Shown here: piece after piece, positions 14,081 to 28,789 of the stretch
Layout: each line of letters opens with the position of its first letter
Position numbering within the stretch: position 1 is the first letter of the stretch
DNA from: the human T2T-CHM13v2.0 reference genome, Homo sapiens
NCBI RefSeq assembly: GCF_009914755.1
Contig: NC_060931.1
Reading direction: 5' to 3' (one strand)
DNA: 64,000 bases
The notes under the pieces: model-generated
What the model was told of the DNA's origin: nothing
The model's input: the letters and a program-made list of their open reading frames with translations, nothing else
Database searches by the model: none
Made by a program: the position numbers and the translations under genes

Positions 14081-16413
14081 AATAACAAATCAAGAAAGGA
14101 TAAGAAATTTAACTGTGCCAGAAGAATGACCTTCCAATGTCAACCTGACATTATTTAGTAAGAATATTTATGCCTGGTTGTTATGTAAACTAGAACTACA
14201 AGATCTTCATCTTCCCATTCTTTATTCAAAAGAAAATAAAATACTGCAAGTCTGTTTGGACTATTTATCTGTTACATATGAAGAAAGAATATTTTGTATT
14301 TAGCTGAATAATGCTAGAAAAGCCACAAGAAAATATGGGTACAATAACTGACATAAATTAACTTTCCATTTCTCCTTAAACCTTCAATTAACCATCAAAT
14401 TTTATAGATATCAGCAAACTTGCACATGTGCATAATAAAAATTGGTTATATTTTATCTATTTCCCTTCATTACTCAATAATATTATACAGCTGATCTACA
14501 GTCGGGCTTTCTGCTAGATACTATGATACATAATGAATAAAATCTTGTACTGATGAAGCATACAGCTTATATAAGTAGACATTAAACTAATAAGAACATC
14601 AGTTATATACATATATATAATATTAATAACTGCTGTAAAATTAGAGCATTAGGATAGTGGTTACCATGATGGGGCACTTTTCTATGTGTACATTTTACTT
14701 CACAGTAAAATGTTAAATATATTTTGATATGAGAGATCTAAGTGAAGATGACAATTAGGCAACTGGATGTATAAGCCTGGTCTTTTAAAAATGTTTTGGG
14801 CTAGAGCATAAATTATCAGTTTCAAGCATGTAGGTGGTCTTTACAATTACAGAAATGAATGAAAACAAAACTAAAGAAAGGTTATTGCTATCCTCCAATA
14901 CAATAAAAAACACTTAAATGTCTAAAACAAATGTTAGTAAGTTATTTAACTCCTAAATTTTGTCTTTTGGAAAAGGTGCTATTCAAAGAACAGTCATATC
15001 TAGTTATTTGTACCTCTGTCGCCAAGTGGCATCAATGGAGCTAAAGAAAAAAAATTAAAGCTATTTCCTTGTTATTTGAAAGGAGAAAAGACTGATGGGG
15101 TCACTTTTCAATCTAGTCACTTCTGGTTTTTTGATTTTGAATCACTGCAAGGAAAATTAAATAATCAAAGTAAGTTTAATGATTGAGGTTTCAACAAAAA
15201 CAATGAAACTCCACTGTACATTAGTTTCTCTTATTTAAACAAATATTAAAGAATGGGAATGATAAGAATAAATAGGGCTAAGGATGGCGAGTCCCAAAAT
15301 TATGGGCAGTTAAGTTATAAAATTAGTAATGAATAGTGTATTGAGCATAGGATTCGGATGGCGAACAGGAGTAGATTTAAATTCTGGCACCTGCGGGTTC
15401 CTAGTAGATCACACAGGTTATGTAGTATCTCAAAGCTTGAATTTTTTCATTTGTGAAATACTGCTATCGTTTTTATAGAATTAGTATAAAGATTGTGATA
15501 ATGTTCATAAAATAGAGATTTGGTAGAATCCATAGAATGATCAATTCCAATTTTCATGTTTTACAGCTCCACTCACCAAAACACAAGGTCCCTGAGATAC
15601 TCCAAGTGACTTGGCTAAAATCAAGAACATACCTAAATCCTCCCAGTCTTCAATGACGTGATTCTTATAAAATGTTATGTCATTTCTAATAACCTACCAT
15701 TTAGAACAAGCCTTGATCTTAATTACATCCACTATAAAGAAAAAATGACATACATAATTAAGATACTTGTGGTTATGGAAACTGTTCTTTTGACTTAAGA
15801 ACAACTAATGCTTTTTCAATTCTTATATAGAACATCTAACTAACTGTGTATACTACCCTGAGAAATCCAGAATAAAGAAGAAACAGCACAAAAACTGAAT
15901 CTGAAATTGGAAAATGAATAACATTTACGTTATTCTGTTTTATCATCCATGAGTCTTTAAATTGTCTCAGCAGTCTTTAGAAAGAGCCACTATACTAATC
16001 CAGACACTTTGCTTACCTCTACATTTCCTGACCCCTGAAGTGTAAAAGATTGACACTTCCAAGATAGATTTTAATTGAATATCTACAGTGCTTTATAGAT
16101 ATGGCAGGTCAAGATGATCAAAACAAGTCAGACACAAAATCTCAAATACAATGTATCCATTTTCCCTAAAAAATACACTCAACACACATTCCTCCAGGAT
16201 TCCAAAAACTTTTAACACAAATACACATATACCTTCAGAGATAAGATTTCTAGTTACAATACATATATCATATCCTGAAAATCATTGAAAATGGCACTAT
16301 ATGTTATATGTGTATTTATATATGTATTTATATGTCCTATATGTATATATACATATACACATACACATACTCCTATATATTTCACTTGCCAATGTGTTTC
16401 TAAATGATGAAGA

Positions 16414-16965
16414 CATAGGAGAGACAAAATATCATTTTCTTCTACCCATTCTAGGTTCATGACTGAGGCCCTTATAACAAAAGATAGATTAACAACAGAA
16501 AATCATACACAGTTATTTAGTATAAGTTTTATGTGACATGGGAGTCTTCAAAAAGAAATGAAGATATAAAATAAGTAAACTTGAGTTTTTTTAATAGTAG
16601 GTTTGATGAAGAGTAGATAGTCATAGAGAAATATGATAAGGCAAAAAGATGTGATCTAATAGTAATAAGCTGATGGAAATAGCAAAGTCTGCCTGTTCAG
16701 ATTCTTTTCCGACTCTTCATCTTCAGAGTTAAGGTTGTTCCTTTACTCCAGGTATAGAAAAGCATCTTTCACAAGAAGGTCCTATGATCTGCCCCAGGGA
16801 GGTCAGAAAACCCTCTCTAAGTTTCATGACCTGATTTAGGGGAGAAGGGCAGGGGAAAGTCAGAGAGATCTTTCTGCTTCTGCCGTTTTCTCAGATTCCT
16901 TTAGCTTAAAATATCCAGTATGCCAAGGTGTCTTATTCTGGGGTAGCATGTTCTAAACCCCAACA
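16414..16965 (-). mobile_element. ERV1 solo LTR of the MER4/MER34 group
   Basis: The reverse strand starts tgttggggtttagaacatgctaccccagaataagacaccttggcatactggatattttaagctaaaggaat. AAGA flanks both sides (16410-13, 16966-69), consistent with a 4-bp TSD. Confidence 0.75.
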
Positions 16966-17648
16966 AAGACATCCAACTAAGATTATTGAATATGTCAGTA
17001 TATGCAAAATGATTCAACAGCATACATTCATGTGCATACATTCTATCATTATGGCAGTCTTCTTGACAATAGAGCCACTACATTTATCAAGAAAGTGGAT
17101 CAAAAAACAGCAATAAGAGAAAACTTTAATTTATGCAAAAGCTATATTTATTTATTTATCTTACATGCACTAATTATACTGTATTTGTTATTTATGAAGG
17201 GCACAATATTAAAAGACAATATAAAAACATGTATCCCTTACATGAAATATCAACATCAAAATACATAAGATAATTAAAATATACAGTTGATAGAATCCAG
17301 GAGAAGCTGAAAAACACAATACCAATGGAAGACAAATACATTTTTTATAGTTCTAGAGAGATCAGGAACACACAAATAAATTAACAAACAAGTATTCTAC
17401 AGAGAGTTAGCATTTGTTTCCCACCACTCATAGGACCCTTGGAACAATGGAAGAGTTCAATACCCTGCAATATGCAGCCCTTGTGGAGGATACATTCTCT
17501 GACTGTAATGTAGTACAAGATGAAAATAACAACAAAATAAAATGAACAATACTCAGTAATTTGACCACACCCTAAGTTTTGCAGAATTGTACTATGACTC
17601 TCTATTTTTATTCAAATATTGTTTTTCAGATTTTCAACTTATTAACCT

Positions 17649-18006
17649 TGCGTTAGTCTGTTCTCATGCTGCTATAAAGACATATCTGAGACTGGGTAAT
17701 TTATAAAAGAAAGAGGTTTAATGGACCCACCATTCCACATGGGTGGGGAGGCCTCACAATCATGGCTGAAGGAGAATGAGGAGCAAAGTCACGTCTTACA
17801 TGGCAGCAGTCAAGAGAGCATGTGCAGGGGAACTCCCCTTTATGTAACAATAAGATCTCATGAGACTTATTCACTATCAGGAGAACAGCAGGGTAAAGAC
17901 CCACCCCCATGATTCAATTACCTCCCACCAGGTCCCTCCTACATGGGGATTATGGGAGCTCCAATTTAAAATGAGATTAGGGTGGGGACACAGGCAAACC
18001 ATATCA
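17649..18006 (-). mobile_element. THE1 solo LTR (MaLR)
   Basis: Full ~360-bp unit: ttagtctgttctcatgctgctataaagacatatctgagactgggtaattt...ggggacacaggcaaaccatatca. Flanks aacct/aatct are a near-perfect 5-bp TSD. Confidence 0.93.
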
Positions 18007-18296
18007 AATCTAAAGCCATTCTGTGTGGCTATCACACTGCATAATAACATTCCATATTTTTATAATTGTGATTCTTAACCCCTATACTGTGATTCCTTTG
18101 GCCACTATATATATCTACAGTTGTGACAGCACAAGACAATGGGCCATCCTCCTGAGACTGTCATTCTTGCACTGAATGACTTGTGTCATGCCAGTATTAA
18201 AATGTCCCTTAATCGTGTTCCTTTAATTATTCTTATCCAAGTTCCTATTTTCAAAGCTTTTCTTCACTTTTTAACATTTAAAAATGAGACTAAATT

Positions 18297-18591
<295 letters not shown>

Positions 18592-18598
18592 CTAAGTT

Positions 18599-18893
18599 AG
18601 CTGGGGGAGGTGGCTTATGCTGTAATCCCAACACTTTGGGAGGCCGAGGAGAGCAGATCCTAAGGTCAGGAGATCGAGATCATCCTGGCTAACATGGTGA
18701 AACCCCATCTCTACTAAAAATACAAAAAATTAGCCGGGCTTGGTGGCGGGTGCCTGTAGTCCCAGTTAATCAGGAGGCTGAGGCAGGAGAATGGTATCAA
18801 CCTGGGAGGCGGAGCTTGCAGTGAGCCAAGATCACACCACTGTACTCCAGCCTGGGCGACAGAGCGAGACTCCATCTCAAAAAAAAAAAAAAA
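18599..18893 (+). mobile_element. Alu, AluY-like (CpG-decayed)
   Basis: AluY-type diagnostics: gagatcgagatcatcctggctaac, aaaaaattagccggg, gagaatgg, ggcggagcttgcagtgag. A15 tail. Confidence 0.95.
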
Positions 18894-18990
18894 GAGAGAC
18901 TAAATTATTTAATATGTAGAGAAGTGTCAATAGTAAGAATAATATATCAAAATTGATCAGAAATTTCCAAAGTTGGACTCAGAAAAATAA

Positions 18991-19102
18991 ATGTCTCTAT
19001 ATGCTTTTTGTACTGCTATAACAAAATAACTGAGACTGGGTAATTTGTGTTTTTATTTCTCATAGTTCTAGAGTCTGGGAAGACCAAGATCAAGACTCTA
19101 GC
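18991..19102 (-). mobile_element. MST/MLT1A-type MaLR LTR fragment
   Basis: ctgctataacaaaataactgagactgggtaattt...tttatttctcatagttctagagtctgggaagaccaagatcaag. Confidence 0.7.
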
Positions 19103-21488
19103 GTGGTCTAGTTATTTTAGTCCAACAGATTTCTAGGATTTATGTTTGGCTGGTTCAAATACATAGTATCATTTTAGATAAAATTATTTTACTTGTTTGA
19201 GAATTTTACCTTCTGGCTTGGTTTAAACCAACTCTTATCTTACCAGGGTTTACTGACTAGATTAAACCATAGTGGCCAAGTTTACTACACTTCACAGATG
19301 AAATTGAGATGAAAATGCAACTTGCAGCTAGGTTTCATGCTCAGTCACTAACATCAACTGATAAACACAAACTTAACAGTGGAAAAAAGAAGCTTAAAGG
19401 AGAAAGTATAGAAACTACTATCTAAAAGGTACAGAAATTACTGAGGAATTTAAAATTTGCTTCCTGTGGTAGTTTTTATGGCAGCTATTTGAAAATTGTC
19501 ATTTGAAAAACTTCCATATGGATTGAGCTCAGCAGAATTGCTACAAATATTAAATGGTAGCCCACAAATCCAAACTGAATCAGGACTTCAAACACAATCA
19601 GTTGGGTCATCAAATTGATTTGTATTAATAGATTAATTTCAGCAAAATAAGTCAATCCAAAGCCACTTAATTTTAAATTCTGATTTCAGTTCTAATAGCT
19701 AATATCCCTTAAATGCCTCTCATTAGTTGAATATAACTTAGAACCATTAGGAGAGAGATCCTGGAAAATTTATTGCTGAGACTGACCTGAAAGAATACAG
19801 AGGGAATGTAGAAAGGGGTAGCAATGACGTAGGTTTACAACAGAAATCCAGCAGACCAATCAAGTGCTGGGCCACATATTGGATGACAGATCTGACTTAT
19901 GAGAAAAATTGCTCTACTTTATTCATAATCAGAGAATGACAAATATTAGCAAGGATTTAGGGGCTCAATACAATTCAGTGTTATATTTCACCACTGTTTA
20001 AGAAATTGAAAAGCGAGAAAAAGCCCCAAATACATCTACCACGATATGATCGATCCAGGCAGTGGAATGCTATACAGTCAGTGAAAATGAAAAGGCTGTA
20101 ATTCACAGGATAAAAGCATATTGAAATGTTTAAAGTATTCAATATAATTTTGAGTAAAAAATACAGACCACAAAGTTCAGTGTGAGCCAGTATGATCTCA
20201 TTTATGTAAAATGTAGCTACTATATTTTTATAAGCTATCTGGAAGGGTATAAACTAAATTCATAGCAGCACTATTATGGGGGATAATATTTAGTGGGGAG
20301 AGACCTTTACTTTACAATATATATACTTTTAGGGTTAAGTTATTATTAACTAATATGTCTTTCTCTTATAATAAAAATAGAGGCTTTTTAATTGAAGTCA
20401 TTACAGAAATTTTATCTAGCAGCTGAGCAATATTATCAGGATAAAGTTGTTATTATTAGCAAGTAACAAAAAAAACCTGTAAAACTTCCTGGGTATGGAA
20501 GATAGCTACTAGATGTGTATTATTTAATACTATACCCTTAACACATTACGTAGAACATGATAAGTGTTCAATAAATATTAAGTGCATGAGTAGTTAAAAC
20601 CTCTTTCATGATTGACTGATAGATAGATACATAGGAAAGGTGGAAAACAGATCACATTAGAAACAGAATAGGGTTAACTTATTAAGGAAAATGAGTTGTA
20701 TACACTAGTGGTAATGACTAAAATTCTCAGAGAATTACTTAAGTTGTGTCTATTATTATTTTTAAAATATTTCTTTATATTGAATTATTAAATAGGTATC
20801 AGTATTAGTAATCAGGACACAGTTTATATATTTAGCTTAATAAAGTTAATAAAAATTATATAAAATGACTACCTAATGTATTTAACTAGAATTAGTAAAG
20901 AAAGCTATGCTGGCAGGGGGCTGACATCACCTTCTTCTCCAGTGACATGTCTTATGATATATTATTTGGGATTCTGTTCCTTGGTATGTTATCATCACTC
21001 ATATGTACTAATTTTAAAAAATGGTTAAGCAATTACTTCCCTAGGAAAATCTCCCTTTTAATAAGATTTGCTTGAAACCTCCAAAGCCTTTAAGAAATAG
21101 TAATTTTCTAATGGTGAACACACAAGCATCATATTAAATAGCATGACATATATTTTGGAAGGAGAACCTGATAATTACTTTCAAACACCACAACCCAGCC
21201 AGTTGTCTTCTGAAGTACCATACTTCTGAAGTAGGAAATAACATAACCATTTCTTGGGCCCCTGAAAGTAAGACCGTGCCTATTTCACATTGGTGAATTC
21301 AAGGTTAGAGGCAAGGGATCCGGTATGGCAACAGCAAGAGGAAGTGAATGGAGTAAAGGATAAGTTAGGTCTTTTCAAGAACTTAGGGGGAAATAATAAT
21401 TTTTAAATAAGGTATGTAAAGCGCATCTTAGTTTACTGGTTCTTTATTATCCTCTTCTGGATGTCACAGGAACTGGATTATCTACTTT

Positions 21489-21859
21489 CGTATTCATCTA
21501 TTTTCATGCTGCTAATAAAGACCTACCCAAGACTGAGTAATTTATACAGGATAGAGGTTTAATGGACTCACAGTTCCACATGGCTGAGGAGGCCTCACAA
21601 TCATGGCAGAAGGCAAGGAGAAGCAAGTCATGTCTTACGTGGATGGTAGCAGGCAAAGAGAGAGAGCTTGTGCAGGGAAACTCCCCCTTATGAAACCATC
21701 AGATCTTGTGAGACTTATTCACTATTATGAGAGCAGCACAGGAAAGGCTTGCCCCCATGATTCAATTACCTCCCATCAGGTCCCTCCCACAATAAGGGGG
21801 AATTATAGGAGTTACAATTCAAGATGAGATTTAGGTGGGGACACAGCCAAACCATATCA
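21489..21859 (-). mobile_element. THE1 solo LTR (THE1C/D-like)
   Basis: ttttcatgctgctaataaagacctacccaagactg...gagatttaggtggggacacagccaaaccatatca, with flanks acttt/gcttt. Confidence 0.93.
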
Positions 21860-22488
21860 GCTTTATATTCTCTGGTGTAGGAACTGGACTAGTTTTTACT
21901 CAGGGTATCTTTCTTGGTCCACTATAGAAGTAAACATATTTTTACAGATTTTTTTTCCCTACGATCTTTTCCCTAAATTAAAATATCTTCCTGATGTTTT
22001 CTAAGATTGGTTACTGCCAACAGAAATGCCATTCCATTCACTTTCTACCTTATTTGCAATTAAAAGGAAAATATATTCACACATACAATGAATCATGAAG
22101 GATATTTGATTACATATAGGATTGAAATGAATTTAAACTTTATTTTGGAACCCCTCCTCTCAGCAGGCTCTCAAGCAGACTGAGAGGAGAACAAGGACTT
22201 TAAGGTATAGAGAAGCAATGGCAGAGGGACAGGGTCTGAGGAAAATAACCAATCAGGAAATAGACGTGCTCTCCTCCTCTTTGTGAATTCTTATGATTTG
22301 TAGGCCTAGACTACATACTTCACCTGGCACTCACATTGGAAAAGAGTGAAAATGGGAAACAGAGTTTGGGAAACAAGGTTTTGCTAAAGTAGAAAAGGAA
22401 TAGAAAGGGATATTATACATTGCAGCATCTGAAAGAGAAAGAAAACTTGAGGAGATACTTCTCTGAATCAGTTATTCCTAAAGGAAAC

Positions 22489-23036
22489 TGTATTAGTCAG
22501 GGTTCTCTAGAGAGACAGAACTAATAGGATAAATGTATATACAAAGTGGAGTTTATTAAGCAGTGTTGACTCATAGGATCACAAGGTGAAGTCTCACAAT
22601 AGGCTGCCTGCAAGCTGAGGAACAAGGAAGCCAGTCCAAGTCCCAAAACCTCAAAAGTAGGGAAGCTGACAGTGCAGCCTTCAGTCTGTGGCTGAAGGCC
22701 CAAGAGCCCCTGGAAAACCACTGGTGTAAGTCCAAGTGTCCAGAAGCTGAAGAACTTGGAGTCCAATGTTCAAGGGCAGGGAGCATCTAGCACAGGAGAA
22801 AGATGAAGGCCGGAAGACTCAGCAAGCTTGCTGTTCCATCTTCTCCTGCCTGCTTTATTCTAGCCATGCTGGTAAATGATTAGATGGTACCCACCCAGAT
22901 TGAGGGTGGGTCTGCCTCTCCCAGCCCACTGACTCAAATGTTAATGTCTGTTGGCAACACCCTCACAGACACACCCAGGAACAATACTTTGCCTCTTTCA
23001 ACACAATCAAGTTGACACTCAGTATTAACCACCACA
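22489..23036 (-). mobile_element. MLT2A-type (HERV-L) solo LTR
   Basis: tgtattagtcagggttctctagagagacagaactaatagga...caagttgacactcagtattaaccaccaca. Perfect 5-bp TSD GAAAC at 22484-88 and 23037-41. Confidence 0.95.
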
Positions 23037-26000
23037 GAAACTTTACTTTTAAGATATATGCATAAATTAATCACAAAGAAAAGATTAACTATGCACAAAC
23101 ACATAGATAAAAATGACAAATTTTAATTGCTGTTAGCTATTTCCAATATTTTAAATAACATCATATGGCATATATTAGAACTAGCTAGTATTTGACTTCA
23201 AAGCAATAGCTCAGCTGAGATGGGATATAAGTTAACACACATAGGAGGTGGAGTAACTGTCACATAGGAGGCAATTAATCAATGTCAACCAAGTTTTTTT
23301 CTGGCAATGGAAAAAAATACTATTAATTGCATTTCCCAAATAAAAACAAATTGAAAAATGCAAACATTTTTCACTCTATATTTCATATAAAAATGAATAA
23401 TAACTTTGGTCACCATTTTGTATTGCTATTTTATAATTTTTTATCATTATAATCCCATTCCCTTTTATTTCCCAGATACTAGACCAAATCTTAGGCTAAA
23501 TTATTCACATCTCAGAAGGGAGATGTATATTATAAGATGATTTCCATTAAAAAAAATCTTTAAAATAAGTGAAGAACTCCAAAATTTCTTAACTATTTAG
23601 AAACATTAACTTTTCAGACTACTTTTACTCTAACAATGTCAAATGAGTGGTTGGCACATATGATTCAAATGTCACCAACAGCTCACAAATGGATATAAAG
23701 AACTATAATTTGTCACTATAAGAGATTCAAGGCTATCAATTATCTGCCATCACAAACTAAGCAATTACATGGATCTGACATTTCTCTAGAGCTTAGTTTA
23801 TAAGGTTTTTTACATCAGGAAGTAGAATTTGTCTATCTTTGTATCCTAGGACCTCTTCTAGTACAGTGGCTAGCATGTGACACTGTAGGTGATCAATAAA
23901 CTCATAAAATGGTTAATGGGACTTCATTTGAAACAGTAGAGGGATAAGACGCAATTGCTATTACCTCCATGCAATATTATTATCACTCTCCTCCCCACTC
24001 TAAGACCCCTGGAAAGACAACAAAATCATATAACAAGATGATGCAGATATAGTTATATCAGATAATATTAGAAGAGAAACAGCAGTTAGTAAAGAGAAGT
24101 ATATTTGGCAATGATAGTTCCCATGCAACAGACAAAGAGGAAAAGAAAAAAAGCAGCAAGAAATATAGAGAAAGATGAAAGGAAAGGGAGATATACAGAT
24201 CGTAGCTATGAGGAAGGAGTGATTGTTCCTAAATGTTGCAAGTGTGGATAATACAGATTGGTGGATGATTCATGGCTAAAATAGCAAGCTTCAGGTAAAT
24301 CAGAGGAAGAAGCAAGGACCAGAATACAGGCGAAAGGAAAAGTATAAGAGCATTGAGCAATTAAGGTTCTGATACATATAATTTCCCAAAATATTGCAAG
24401 TAGCCTAAACAGCCTGAGCACCTTTTTTCTTAATAAGAGTTGAGTATGTAAAGTTCCCTTTTATAAAACTATAAAAAGATGTAGCATTTGGCGGCTATTT
24501 CTAAAAAATACAAAACCATATCCATTTGCGAAAACATTCATTCTTTCCAGACAGCAGCCATGAGTGCTTTTATATTATTCTTTTTCAGCATTAACCAGAA
24601 ATGGTCCCCAAAAGATTGAGAAATTAATGACTACAAAGACAACCTTCGTTATTCTCAAAGAATACACAGCATAGATGTTCTGAGCTAAATTTTGCACATT
24701 ATCCTGTATATGTCCTTCCTTCATAAATAATAGCATCTATAATTTTAGTTCTGATTTACCTTGAGAGTTTGAAAAAAATAAAATGAATGTTTCATAAAGA
24801 TATTGGAAACATTCCTATTTGACAGAGAATATAAAACCTATACTGATTAGAATAGGAATGAGGAAAGCTAGGCTCTCTTACAGGCTTTATGTCTTCTAAC
24901 TTACTAATTTCAGGACACTCCTGGACAAATTATTGTGTAAGAAGTGATTTCGTGAATTGAATTTCTTTCCCATCGCTCCTATTGTTCAGACAGAAATCTA
25001 GGAATCATAGAGAAGCAAATAGGCATAGCATCTTTCATTGCCTGTTAATAAAAGACAATTTTTAACATAGCCCAGGGCAGGGAAAGGCGGATACCCTTGT
25101 GTTACAATAAAGCCAGAGTTATTAGTTATTTATTTGTTACAAATAAGGTCAAAGTTATGTTAATAGAAAGAATATGAATTTCTCACAGAGGCCAGATGGG
25201 GACCTTTAGAAATAAATGAATCATCACAGTGGGAAGGGTGTTTGCTTTCAGAATACTTTGGGTGAAAATAAGCTATTGTCTAGAGTAAAAGCACCTACCC
25301 AACCCTATCAACTAGTTATTTTCTCTAAATGGGAAACACAATTGTCATTATATTCCCCTAACACATCCAGAAGATAGAAAAACTCTGGCATATCCCTTCA
25401 TCTCTCTGCGAAACCAGTGGAAAACCATCAAGTCAATGAAAAAAAATTTGAGTGCTTTTAGCAGATGCTTTCAGCTACAAAATTGGAAAGACATGGGATG
25501 ATTAGCAACAGAGGGGCTGGGAAATCATGTGTATTTGTGTGGATGGTTAGTGAGGAAAGAGATTAAAGAGAAAGGACTGAAGGAAAGAGGCAGAGAATGG
25601 AGAGAATGAAGCATAAGATATTCATGTGCGACACCCACCTATTCCACATCCAAGACCTACTCCAAGTCATCAATCCTGATGTGACAAGAAGCAGTCAGGT
25701 AGCTAAGCTATCTTGCCTACATCTATGCAAATCTTGTATATATAGATTTAGGACAACTACCTGAAGCCTACGATGAATTTCTTAAGTTTCCCTTAATATT
25801 CTGTGTATTCACTTTAGGAACAGGAGCTTAAAGTAAAATCCAGAGTGGAGAAAGCTGTAGCCCCATTGCTTCGCCATAGTCATCAGCAGACTGACAGCAT
25901 CCTCGAGGCAGTGTATTTTCAATGAGTGGGATCTACCCACAACTATGGCTAAGTTAGGTACTTGAGACCTCTTCATTCTCATCCTCTTCCTAAAAAAATG

Positions 26001-27802
26001 GCTTAAGGCAACAGAGGGGGTATAGATGGGCAAGAAAAGAAATTTCATACAGATTACAAAGAATACTATTTCTCTTGAAATACGCTATCACCAACTTCAG
26101 ATTTCTAAAATGTAAAACAGAAATTCCCAGGAGCATTTCTTTCCTAACTAAGGCTCTCAGTATAATGACAATTTTGCCCACAGGATAATGATCTACATTG
26201 AGATAAATACTATTACAAAACCCAAGTAAGAAAGAGTCTTTAGATTTAAGAGCCAAAAAATAAATATAAGTGTTCATATTAGAAAAAGAAAGACAAAAGG
26301 GAAACACAACTGTAATATCCTCCATCTTTTTAGGAGGCTACAGTAGATTTCAAAACTACTTCAATGTTGCTTCTCTGTATTTTTAATATGCCATGAGGAA
26401 TTATGCCCAGAGTCAGTTACCCCAAAGAAAAAACCTTCAGTGACATATTTTAGCACAGTGCATACTCTTTAACATCCAATTAATATAAAAAACTCAGAAA
26501 AAAGTATGAAAGAGACATAGAAGAGGCTCACAAATTTTAAAATATTGGCAATTTTATAAAACACTCAAATTGACAGAGGTGTAAATGCATATCAGAGAGA
26601 TATAAAGGTTTATAATTTCTAGGCAAAATAATGAAATACTAATAAAACACGGAGTTACTCTTTATGCCCTAGATACAATATATAAAATATTAACATAAAA
26701 TATGTAGCCTATATATGCACACATGTGTATGTATATAAATAAATATAATTTGGAATTGTATTTCAATAACTCAGCACAGAAATAATTAAAAGCAAAAGCT
26801 CAGTGTTAAGGTTTCTCTTAAGTTAATCATGAGATCAAGCAGTTAGGTTTAATGAATAGCAAGCCTATGGCTGTAACTTTATATGAAAGTTATTTTCCCT
26901 GAAGAAAATCTATGAGGGAAATGAAAAGTAAGTTGCAAGGTATTTTAAGGCTTATAGGTTTAAAAAAATCTAAAATTAAGCTTTATTTTTAGATTTTCTG
27001 TTGTCACAGAAACACAGTTTGAAAATAGGAAATTTTGACCTAAAATGTTTTAAAATATAGATAACAAAAGAAACAAGGAAGCAGTACACAGTGATCAATT
27101 TAGCACTGTATTCCACTATTCTAAAATAAAATTTTACTATCTCAGGAAAGGTGATTATTTTCAGGGCTATGATAGACAGTCTCTTCTGAACTGTGCTTGT
27201 ATTCCTCACTAGTGAAGGGCAAGGTTTATAAGGCAGAACAAGGCAGGAGTAGTAATAGCAAAAATAGCAGAAAGAGAACTGTGGGACACTCTCGTAACCT
27301 GATGCCTCCCTTCTTTTCCCATATGCAAGCTTATTCTTGTGAAATAAGAATCAAATGCTGTTAACATATAATTAAGGCAGAGACAAAAAATGACCTGAAA
27401 ATCTGAGGTTTTTTCCTTTGAAAGAAAGCTTCGTTATTTTTTCCATCTTTTTCCTCCCAAAACATTCATCATGGAAACATTGTTACTTCACTTATCCTAA
27501 TATTTCCTTTCTCTTTCTCCATCCTTAAAAAGTGACCTCCACACTTTCTTCCTGGTTCCTTTTTTAGGTACCTTCTTAATCAGATTGTCAGACAAAAAGA
27601 GAAAGGAATGGGTGAATATTATTTCTACCAAGTGAGACACCCTTTATCCTCTTCAAAATAGGAGAACAGGAAACAAAAACCACCTTTTTAAACAAATATT
27701 CTATTTACTAAGTAATCAATGGAAATCTGGCCATAAAATACCAAGTCAGGAAAAGTTAATTCATTTTTAAACAGATTTTCCATTGATAATATTTATCGAA
27801 GA

Positions 27803-27880
27803 TTTATCTCAATTAGTCCACATCCTAGTGAAATTTAAGTGTTTATCTCAATTAGTCCACATCCCAATGAAATTTAAATT
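27803..27880. repeat. 39-bp tandem duplication (2 copies)
   Basis: tttatctcaattagtccacatcctagtgaaatttaagtg is followed by tttatctcaattagtccacatcccaatgaaatttaaatt. Confidence 0.9.
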
Positions 27881-27882
27881 TT

Positions 27883-28001
27883 ACAGCATGGGGAAAACAG
27901 CCCCCATGATCCAATCACCTACGACCAGATCCCTCCCTCAACACGTAGGGATTACAATTTGAGATGAAATCTGGGTGGGGACACAGAACCAAACCATATC
28001 G
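27883..28001 (-). mobile_element. MSTA-type LTR terminal fragment (apparent local copy of 30616-30734)
   Basis: acagcatggggaaaacagcccccatgatccaatcacct...ggggacacagaaccaaaccatatc is followed by the same flank as the intact element at 30364-30734. Confidence 0.88.
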
Positions 28002-28789
28002 GACCATAAAACAATCAATATCCTCCCAAAAATGCACCATAACTTTCCACAAAAGTATCAATTGTGAAAAATGAGAAACCTAAAGAAAATATCTTACAAA
28101 TATTATTGCAGTTAGAATATTCTACATCTTTCAACATTTTTCAATTTTTTTCCTCACCATTAATGCGAAGCATCTGCAATGTGCCTGCTATTTTGTCATT
28201 TTCACTCATTTCTAGAAAATCTTTTCTAAATTCATCATTCACTGAAACTAACTATGGAAAGCAGAATGTCCCAGGAGTTGCGCATTAGTATTTGGCATTT
28301 CATTCAAGATTCATAATTTCTGTCTACAAACCTTACACAGAGACATTCCTTTACTAGATTACAATGTCTCCCACATGTAAAGTAAAAAATAACAAGTACA
28401 TTTGCTTTGCAAACCATTACTTTTTTTCTAAAGTGGGAGAACCTTATTATCAATAAGGTCCCTTTTTATGGGATGTGATGAGTGTGAGGATTCGTGAAAG
28501 CTGCTCAGTTGCCCCAGATGTTATTGGGAGAAATGTTGGGAGAGCTGATTGAGAAACCCTGGAAGCACAAAAAGCTAGAGGTGGGGGAATGGCAGACTTT
28601 AATAAAATAATGTAATATGTAATCACATATCAAATTTTTCTGAAAAAGAAGCACATTGGATAAATGAAGCAAGTTCCGAAACTGCATGAATACCGGTTTT
28701 CTTTAGAAAGTTAACTCAAGCATGTGCACACATGCATAAACCATTATACACACGATAGACATCATTATTTTTCTAGCTCAAGAGCCATT

